Part shown: piece after piece, positions 53,969 to 64,000 of the stretch | Numbering within the stretch: the stretch's first letter is position 1 | Layout of the letters: each line of letters begins with the position of its first letter | NCBI RefSeq assembly: GCF_006345805.1 | Contig: NC_043004.1 | Span: 44,702,001 to 44,766,000 of the forward strand | Reading direction: 5' to 3' | Origin: Octopus sinensis | Taxonomy: Eukaryota | Length of the DNA stretch: 64,000 bases | Position numbers and translations under genes: made by a program | Notes under the pieces: generated by a model | The model's input: the letters and a program-made list of their open reading frames with translations, nothing else | The model's database searches: none | What the model was told of the DNA's origin: nothing

Positions 53969-56188
53969 ATCTTTGTAGTTGGGGGGAATCTGCCAGAAAT
54001 ACCAGCCAGACTTCTGAAAATGTTTGAAAGACGACAAAATTATCTCGGCTAAAATGCTGTTGATCAAAGATTGATTCCATTAGGTATAACCTTGGAATAA
54101 ACAACATCCTTTCCATAATTGTTTACTATCTACCACATACCAGCAAATCAAACGGTAAATTGGTTTTTATACACAAGATGTGAATCATGGAAATTGTATC
54201 ATAATTTTTGGCATTATTTTCATTCCCTAAATACCTATTTCCTTTTTCTATTTGCTGCATGAGGAGGCCTGTGTATCGGTTGTTATGTAAGAAACTGAAG
54301 CCATGTATTCTTCAAATTACACCCTAAATTTTTTAAGGTGCATTGAATAATTTTGTTTTACATATCCTATATTTCAGTTTTAAAATGATGAGATTGTCAT
54401 GAACGAAATGAAGCCAACTTTTAAAATCTGAACAACCCTAACATCAACAACTTCAAGCTACAAAGTTAACATTGTCAGATAGTAGCCAATACCATTGATG
54501 GTGTTATTTTTTTCTTTGGTGGAAATACTTATTGTAAAAAAAAGTTCAAAATCTAGGAATGTTTTAATTTCTTGTAAAGTATGTTTTGGAGATTCTGTTC
54601 AGTCCCTACATCGTAATAAATTAGTGAAGTGTTCACGAACGCTTCACCATTCATGATCATTGTTTTGCAATCTTGGAGATTTGAAGGTAAAGATGAACCT
54701 GAAATTGTGATATTTAAGTAATGTAAATGAAATCAAGTGATTTAATGGGAAATTGAAATCTTTACTAGACTCATCTTAATGAGATAAGCATCTTTGTGGT
54801 GCACCATTTTGTTCGACCAAGGTAGTTTTAATTTAGGTTATAATCGGCATAAACCACATTGATGTGATTTTGTATCGTTTTATTCCTTCTATGATAAATA
54901 CTATATAAGTAAAAGGAAATGTATTCAACATGAAATCGAAAATACATAACAGAATCAGCTTGCAGGGCTGTTAGTTCATAATGTTAACTGGTTTGTTTTG
55001 AAAATCATTTGTTTCCTTTGAACACTAATGGGGACCAAATCTCCCATGAAGGAATTAAATCGTAAAAGTTTCCAGCGCGCTTCCTTGTTACTCTTTCGCA
55101 ATCTTTTAAATATATTCGATCTCAAAATGGTAAACGAAATACATGAGCAGATTTCACTGCTATCGAAGCTCATAGAAATGAAGTATATCCAAGCCAGAAG
55201 AAATGTCTCAACAAGCCATTGAAGAAGACTGTATGTGGTTGCTTAAATGCGCCAGAAAAAGAAAGCCAAATCTCCTACAAATTGCACGTTTCTGTCTTAT
55301 AAAAGAAAGGAGAAAATAGGAAAAACTATGCATAATACAATAGGTAGAATAATGAAAAACAGAATACATTTCATCAAATGTTTATTCAATCAGAATTGAC
55401 CCAGGGCCATAACAACGTCAGCTTGTGTTATCTTAAGTTCAACCTGGTCATTGAAAGTTAAGCATTTCAACCAAGGATACAACACATTGAAGGTCACTGA
55501 ATACGAAACTTCGATCTTTCAATTATTGAACTTGGCTATGCACATCTTTCCAATGTTCTTACATAGCCAAACTGCAAAATCGATGTATCAAATGAAAAGC
55601 AACTTATACAAGAAAACAAAACAGAAGCCAATAAGGTCACGTTGTTTAAATTAGTTTGTCGTATCACATGATATTTTTGTACCGTGTAATATGAAATGTT
55701 GTACACTTAATATCAATTTCACAGCTACTAGAAATTGCTGTGATTCTTGAGATAGAAAAAAAAACATCAAGGTGAGAGACAAAGATAACGATAGAAAGAA
55801 AGAGAAAGAGAGAGAGAGAAAAAAAAAGGAGAGAAAGATATGTTTCATTCAAAATAAAAAACAAATCACTCAGCTATACGAAAACATCTACACAAACTCG
55901 TACACACACGTGCGTATCTCAGTTGTTGACGTTCATAACCAGCTTTTAACTCGCTTTCTCTCTCCTTATATATCTACATACTTACATTAATACGTACATG
56001 TATACATACACATAAATATATATATAGAGAGAGAAAGAGGGGCAGAGAGAGAGTGAAAGTGACAGAAGCTATATATCAAACTATATGTATACACATGCAC
56101 ACATATTTATATATACAGGTATATAAACAGAGAGAGAGAGATAAATAGATCCACAGACTGACAGACAGACAGGAGATTTATTGAGATG

Positions 56189-56315
<127 letters not shown>

Positions 56316-56363
56316 GTAGGTAGGTAGATAGATAGGTAGGTAGGTAGATAGATAGATAGGTAA

Positions 56364-56456
<93 letters not shown>

Positions 56457-56795
56457 CGTATTATCTATAACACTTTACAACTGAAGCGATTAAGCTTCGC
56501 TAAGGATATCTATCGTGTTCGTGGCTTTCACCCATTCGCCTCAGATTTCAAATTCACACAAAAGATGCGTTGTTTTTATTTTCCAAAAATTCGAATTACT
56601 TTATATTGGCAGGTGTCTCCTTTGCTTCGGTTTATTCTTTTAATTTTAATTTCAACAGCCCTAGGGAGAAATTTGTAATTTAATTGCAAGGATAACCGCA
56701 GCTCACTGATTAGTTATACGATGAATTTAAGAATTTGCTGTTGTTGTTGCTTTTGCTGATGTCATCTTCTTCTTCTTCTTCTCTTCTTCTTCTTC

Positions 56796-56848
<53 letters not shown>

Positions 56849-56884
56849 TTATTATTATTATTATATTATTATTATTATTATTAT

Positions 56885-57364
56885 TCTAATGAGGACTCAC
56901 GCCATCAGCCACAATGAATAATCTCTAATTCGAGCCTACTCTAAGCTACTAAGAATGCGTGTGGCAACTTGAAGATCCACCCACCACACGCGATAGACTG
57001 GCGGTTGCAAGGGCGCGGGAGCTACGTTGTTATGCTCATTCCGTAAACGGTGGTTTTTAACGGGTGGAGAGCTGAACCATCCTGGGGTACAGAGGATTTG
57101 CAATCTAGACTAGGGTCTGAAAGTTTACCACACCATAGTGGATTATACCATGGTTCCTTTGCTTTGTGGCAGAAGTAGGAAGAAAGAGTGAGAGAAAGAT
57201 GTGGTGAAAGAGTACAGCAGGGTTCAGCACCACCCCACGCCGGAGTCTGGTGAAGCTTAGGTGTTTTTGCTCAATAAACACTCACAATGCCCGGTTTGGG
57301 AATCGAAACCACGTTCGTACAACTACGAGTACGCTGCCCTAACCACTGGGCCATTGCGCCTCCA
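56885..57364 (-). mobile_element. SINE family C head (57180-57364) with a different ~300-bp 3' region ending at (TAA)n
   Basis: Head clearly family C. Whether 56885-57180 belongs to the same insertion is uncertain (no TSD found). Confidence 0.65.
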
Positions 57365-57818
57365 TTCCACTGCTGCTGATGTTATTATTGCTGCTGTATT
57401 CTGCGGCGAGCTGGGAGAATCGTTAGTACGATGAACAAAACGCTTCTTGGTATTTCATCCATCTTCACGATCTGAGTTCAAATTCGGCTGAAGTCGACTT
57501 TACCTGAAAGCAAAGTCACTGGGCTTGATATAATCGACAAAAAAAAATGTTAAAATATTACATCGCAAGGGATGCAACAACTCGTGTTGCTTCCCTTGCA
57601 TAGAATTTTTGCTTCCTCTGCCATTGCTTGTCGACTCATGTCAATTCCAACTATAAAAAGTCTGAAGTCTATGATGTCGTAGTTTATATTAATTTTACAG
57701 AACATTAGAAGAACGATTTTATAAAAATTAGTAATATAGGTTCAATTTTCTATAATATTTTAGGGAAGCATGGCTTCCCTTGCTGTCCATGGACCGCATG
57801 CATCTGATATATACATAT

Positions 57819-58123
57819 CACGTGATCACGTGACCGACCAGACCATCAGATGTTGTTACACATCGCTGGTCACAGTGCGTTCGCATTGTTTTAGCCTTCG
57901 AATGACGCCACTCCGCTGGCTAAGCGAGCAGGCCAACAGAAGAAAGAGTGGGAGAAAGAGTGGTGAAAGAGTACAGCATGGATCACCAACCCCTGCCGGA
58001 GCCTCGTGGAGCTTTTAGGTGTTTTCGCTCAATAAACACTCACAACGCCCGGTCTGGGAATCGAAACCGCGATCCTGCGACCGCGAGTCCGCTGCCCTAA
58101 CCACTAAGCCATTGCGCCTCCAC
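57819..58123 (-). mobile_element. SINE family C, third tail type
   Basis: Family C head; tail ends gtgaccagcgatgtgtaacaacatctgatggtctggtcggtcacgtgatcacgtg. TSD gatatatacatat at 57806-57818 and 58124-58136. Confidence 0.92.
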
Positions 58124-59239
58124 GATATATACATATAGTGACGAGTAACTGCGTAAAGGTGTCAGCATAACACGAGGATGTTGGCCGGGCTTAGAGAAAG
58201 GTACGTTCCAAGATCGTTATTAATCAGTGGCATATTATAAGAAACCAAGAACGCAAACACCACCACAGGGACGCAAACTGACCCAATATAAATGCATAAT
58301 GTTTGGTTTCTCTCTTACAATGTTGTCTGGTGTCTTGCAAAACTATGGCTTGTTTTAATAAAATTAAACGTATTTATTTCCTAAATTGTTTGATAAAGCA
58401 GTAAAAATTGCTAATGGTGCATCTGACATATCATGATGCATCTATCTCTTTTTTTTTTCCATCACTTGTAAAGTTTCCATAACTGCAAAACAGTGAACAT
58501 GAAGAGTTAATAGTTTCTCCGTCTCTCTATTTTTCTGATTTCAAGTCCCGCTGAAATCAATTTTGCTTTTCATTTGGGTGGAAAAGATGTCAATAATAGT
58601 GAAAAAATAAATTAATAAAAAGAAGAAAGTATGTAACGGATCATACGATAATTGTACTTCTGAAAAAAAAAAACCCATTAAATTCGTCAGATATTTGCCA
58701 CCATCTTAAATACATGCAGAATTAAACAACTGTCAACAAATAGGAAAATATTCTATTTAAAACATACGTCAATAACTGTACACATCTGAATATGTTGGCC
58801 CTATGTGCGCGTATACATGTGCCAGTGTAAGCGTGTGTGATTGAATGTATAGTTATATATAATCAAACGCATATGTAGAGACATATGTACTTCTATGTGT
58901 GTGTGTGTGTACATATATATATATATATACACTTAGGTGTGTGTGTGTGTAGATAGGTAGGTAGATATATAGGTATATAGGTACAAGTATGCCTTATAAA
59001 CATATATCGTTGTATGTATGTATGTTTGTATGTAAAGCACTCATACATATGTGTGTATGCATATATATATATGGGGGGGGGTGTAGTTGCTTCTCTACAT
59101 ATATCTGTGTGTGTAAATGTATTAAATCCAAGTGTTCAAAGCTATTAATGTATTTGTAAGTGTATGTGAACAAACACTCATGTTGCTGTTTGTGACTATA
59201 TATATATACATGCATGCATACATACATACATACATACAT

Positions 59240-59307
<68 letters not shown>

Positions 59308-59842
59308 CATATATATGTATGTATCCGTAGACAAAAGCAGGGTATGAATTAGATATAAGAAAACAAACCAACAGGAAAGTCAAATCCAATAATAATGTCG
59401 AAGAAATGAGTTCCAAAATCTATAGTTCCATTTCTATGTTGGCACCACATTTGAATATAGGTTTGTATCCATGAATAGCTAATAGTTAATTATTGATTGT
59501 GAGTCTGGTTAAACATTCTAGTATTTCTAGAATAATCTAAACAGTTAACAACACCGCATCTACCCCCACTTGTTACATCCCCGACCCGTCACTTATTCTA
59601 CACCATTCTCTATCTTGTTCAGATTTTTCGTTTCTTTTGTTTTTTTCTATTTTCGTTGTTTGTGTGAATGTTTCAGTTTACACAGTTCTCTCCCTAACTC
59701 ACACATACGCAAACGTTCTCTCTCTCTCCCTCCCTCTCTCTCTATCTCTATCTATCTATCTATCTCTTTCTCTATCTCTATCAATCTATCTATCTATCTA
59801 TCTCCTTTAATTTTCTCTCACTCATAAATTTTTCCCTATCTG

Positions 59843-59880
<38 letters not shown>

Positions 59881-59910
59881 TGTGTGTGTGTGTGTTTGTG
59901 TTTGTGTGTG

Positions 59911-59995
<85 letters not shown>

Positions 59996-60529
59996 CATAC
60001 AAACAAACGTGTATATGTGTGTGTACATACATACTTACATACATACACACACGAACATATATACATATGTATATATGTACATATTTTTGTCCATTTATAT
60101 GCGTGTCTACGTGCGCGAGAGAACGTTAGTATTTATGTATTATTCATATCTGTCCATGTATATATCTATATCAATAGATCAGTCAATAGATAGATGAATA
60201 AGTAGATAGACAGAGAGAGAGGGGGGTGTAAGTGAGAAAAATAGGAAGAGAGAGACAGAGAGACGCTTATTCATGCGCCCCCTTACCTTATTTTCGCCTT
60301 CATGGTGCCTCACTTTTTATTTTCCTTTTTTTCCTTGACATTTATGTATATTCTTTGTGCGTGGGGGTTTTGTGTCTACACGTACATACATACATGCATA
60401 CACACACATGTGCACACATACACGTCAAGGTTACCAGCCCCTGTCCATTCGCACACTCACGCTCTCACATACACACGCACGCACGCACGCGCACCTTCGT
60501 TTTGGGATCACCACTACTTTATTATTTCC

Positions 60530-60770
60530 CCTTCTTCCTAACTCTCCTGTCTGACCACCTCTGTCCGGCAATCGCCATGATTGATCGCTAGCTACTAAAA
60601 CTTACTTTCTTTATTCTCTCCCTGTTTATTTTCTCGTGTTCCTTTCTGTTGAAAAGCGTAGGTTCGAAACGTAAAAGACTTTCTCACCTCCCGAGCGTTA
60701 AACTCAAACACTTGTTTGTTGTTTACGCACCTGTATTCGTCTTTTGGGATTTTTTGTAAATTCTAACTAT
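60530..60770 (+). mobile_element. Family E non-coding element with hammerhead-like motif (60642-60677)
   Basis: cttt-CTGTTGA-a-AAGC gtag GTTC-GAAACGTA-aaag; runs into a (TA)n array. Confidence 0.7.
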
Positions 60771-60794
60771 ATACACACATATAATATATATATA

Positions 60795-60862
<68 letters not shown>

Positions 60863-61252
60863 TATGCATATGTATGCATACATACATGCATGCATACATA
60901 CATAAATACATACATAGATATACATACATTTATGGGCATATGTATATAGGTGTCTGTTACTATTTATCAATAATTCGATCAAGTGATCACCCATTGTCTT
61001 AGTCTCCTTTATTCTTTCTATCACTCTCCTCAACTTATCCTACATTTCCTCCTCTCACTCTACGTCCGTCTGCGTTTCCTGCCTCTCTCTCCCTCCCCCT
61101 CTCTCTCTCCATATATATATATATATGCATCTGAATTGGCATACATAAAAATGCTGAAAATGTACACAAAAGATAAATCGAATTCTACTCAGAGAAATGT
61201 TTGGCAATGAGATGGATAGACAGACAGATAGATAGACATATAGATTGATAGC

Positions 61253-61289
<37 letters not shown>

Positions 61290-62083
61290 ATAAAAATTTG
61301 ACATACATTATCCGACGTCCCCTATATATGCCTACATAATCTTCTCAATTATACACAAATACCGAGACACACATATGCACACACACACACACACGCAGAC
61401 ACAAAATGAATTTATCTGTTTAATCTAAATAGGGTTTATGCTATTTCTGATCAAGTTTATTTTGATATTATCATAATGTGTGCTATTCATGGCTTTCTTG
61501 GAAATACCTTTTTTTTAAAGTCAAAATTAAGGATCTTTAATTGCACTTTCTGTTTGCGACCGTGCATTTAGTGAACGTAGCTATAATTCCACTTAAGGAC
61601 TTATTATTTATAGAGGCGGTTATCATAATCTGTATGCTATGTTATTGTTGGGAAACTTTTTAGCATAACCTTCCTAGGATTTTTGAATTGTTCAAGAATG
61701 CAGTGTTCTTTTAGGGCTCGTGAATTTTGTATGGCCCATCGAGATTTTCATTTAAACTAATTAAAGGTGTTTGTTATTTTATTTCATTGGATAGTATGTA
61801 AATATTATAGTCTAATGACTAATTCGTTTTTGTGCTAGGCCACTGGTAATAATAATTTCTTATTACCCTATTATTAAATATTCTCTGATAAATGTTTTCG
61901 AAATTTTTACCGGCATCCTCTCTGTCGCCAGGTATAATCTGCGTCTGGTAAATGTTTTAGTTGCCAATTCTGTACAAGATATTGTAGATCTTTAGCTGGG
62001 CTAAAAAGTCACATTCGATCACAGCACCAGTAACAGCTAAGCTTCGTGTAATGGCCATACTCGATAACGAGGGGACAGCCATA

Positions 62084-62149
<66 letters not shown>

Positions 62150-62170
62150 TGTGTATATATATATATATGC

Positions 62171-62215
<45 letters not shown>

Positions 62216-62688
62216 ATATATATAATATATATATATATATAATGTACGTTATATGCAATATACAAAAACATACGTTAGGTTATATTGATCCCCGCATTTG
62301 ATAGATACTAGTCCTCTAAACAATGGTATATGTTAGTTTTTCAAGTAAGAAATAAGCTTCAGGTTTTTTTTAAATGTACTGGGGTCGTTTATCCGATTAA
62401 AATTCTTCAAGCCGGTGTCCCAGCATGGCCGCAGTTTAATGACTGAAACATGTAGAAGAATAATAACCCAGCATGGTCAGGTCAGATGTAAAGCTAAACA
62501 ACATCAACAACAGCAACAACAACAAGAATCAGAAGAGAGTAGCATAGTAGATAATTCAACAACAGTGAAATACTTGCTTGACCAAGAGATTCTGGACTAG
62601 ATAAAAACCATCAAATTTGACGAACATGCTGACACGTCATTGTTGGAGCTAGTGGCGAAATCAATACAACGGCTCCACATGTATACAG

Positions 62689-62731
<43 letters not shown>

Positions 62732-63276
62732 ATGCACATGCAATCACGCACACACATGCCCAAATGTACGCAAACGCAATTCCTTTACAAACAATCTAAT
62801 AAAGAAGGGATCTATTTGCTAAGTGAGATTTAAAAGAGGGGGTGAAAAAAAGAGAACAGCGCCCCCTTAGAACCGATGATAATTTGAGTCAGGAAAGAAA
62901 AAAAAGGAGAGAGTGGCACAGAGAGAGAATTACTTAACGCAAAGCTTTATCTTACAATAAGATGAGAATTGCATTGGTGAGAAGACTTACGTGATATAAG
63001 TGCATATCCACGTGCTCCTAATGGAACATCTAATGTAAAACCTTTAAATCAATCAATTCGCGTGATTGATCCATCGAAAGGTCTCACGGTTGATGTTCAA
63101 TTAGGAACGCGTAAACTTGCACTTTTGCTGCTATACACACACACACAACTCGCGCGCGTGCACCCACGCACACATACACACACACACACATATATACATG
63201 TATTCTTATATGTATAGACATATTTAAATATATATGTATATTCATATATATATGTATATATATATATATATATGTG

Positions 63277-63316
<40 letters not shown>

Positions 63317-63321
63317 TATAC

Positions 63322-63373
<52 letters not shown>

Positions 63374-63509
63374 GTATATATCTATATGTATGTATTTATG
63401 TATGTATACACGTATTTGTGTATTGTATGTGTGTGTGCGTGTGCGCGTGTCTTCAGACGACATGTTTTTTCGTTGTCATTATAAGTACAACAGATGTTGT
63501 CATCTACAG

Positions 63510-63530
63510 TAATAGTGGTGGTGGTGGGTG

Positions 63531-63564
<34 letters not shown>

Positions 63565-63808
63565 CAGTTGTAGTAGTAGTAGTAGTAGTAGTAGCAGTAG
63601 TAGTAGTAGTAGTTTTAGTAGTAGTGGTGGTCGTGGTGGTCGTGGTGGTGGTGGAGGTGGTCTTGGTGGTGGTCGTGGTGGAGGTAGTGGTGGTGGTGGT
63701 GGTGGTGGTGGTGGTGGTTGAATGATGATGACAGCAACAAGAACTATGAACAACGCAACGTCGACAACGATGACGAAGACAACGGCGACGACAATAACAG
63801 CAGAGTTG

Positions 63809-63850
<42 letters not shown>

Positions 63851-63870
63851 GAAGATCACGACGACGATGA
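63510..63870. repeat. Compound trinucleotide microsatellite (GTA/GGT/GAT)
   Basis: Directly visible. Confidence 0.95.
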
Positions 63871-63879
63871 TGTTGCTGT

Positions 63880-63999
63880 TTAACTCCAGATCTTCTTTAT
63901 CGAACAATCGTATGTTGAAACTCGTTCCATCCGTAGCCTTCCTGCCTCATTATATATATCAAAAACACTATTCGTGAATGCACCCACCTTTATTCGAGG
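63880..63999 (-). CDS. Possible last coding exon of a gene extending beyond the window
   Basis: Open frame from the window edge: PRIKVGAFTNSVFDIYNEAGRLRMERVSTYDCSIKKIWS*. Non-repetitive, followed by UTR-like simple repeats. Not recognised; could be chance. Confidence 0.25.
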   Translation of the reverse strand, partial: PRIKVGAFTNSVFDIYNEAGRLRMERVSTYDCSIKKIWS

Positions 64000-64000
64000 A

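Noticed and set aside
61400-62085. Possible decayed Penelope endonuclease on the minus strand
   Set aside because: Only vague motif resemblance across many stops; not supportable without a search.

Overview
AT-rich, repeat-saturated eukaryotic DNA with no confidently identifiable host protein-coding gene. Most ORF-track entries are translations of microsatellites ((TA)n, (GATA)n, (TACA)n, (CA)n, trinucleotides). The three dominant tRNA-derived SINE families and the microsatellite load suggest a cephalopod (octopus-like) genome; this is inference, not a database match. Recognisable content: about 25 SINE copies or fragments in three families (my labels A, B, C), decayed LINEs (RTE, three CR1-group, one restriction-endonuclease type), a Penelope-like GIY-YIG fragment, Tc1/mariner relics, non-autonomous Helitrons, and a TTAGGG-containing MITE with 8-bp TSDs. 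The most notable signal is a set of type I hammerhead-ribozyme-like motifs in short non-coding elements, many embedded in (TA)n arrays. Two have intact cores, some sit in inverted (fold-back) pairs, and some have non-canonical cores (U3-A8, A6U). All structures were parsed by eye; activity is untested, and edges without a stated TSD are approximate.
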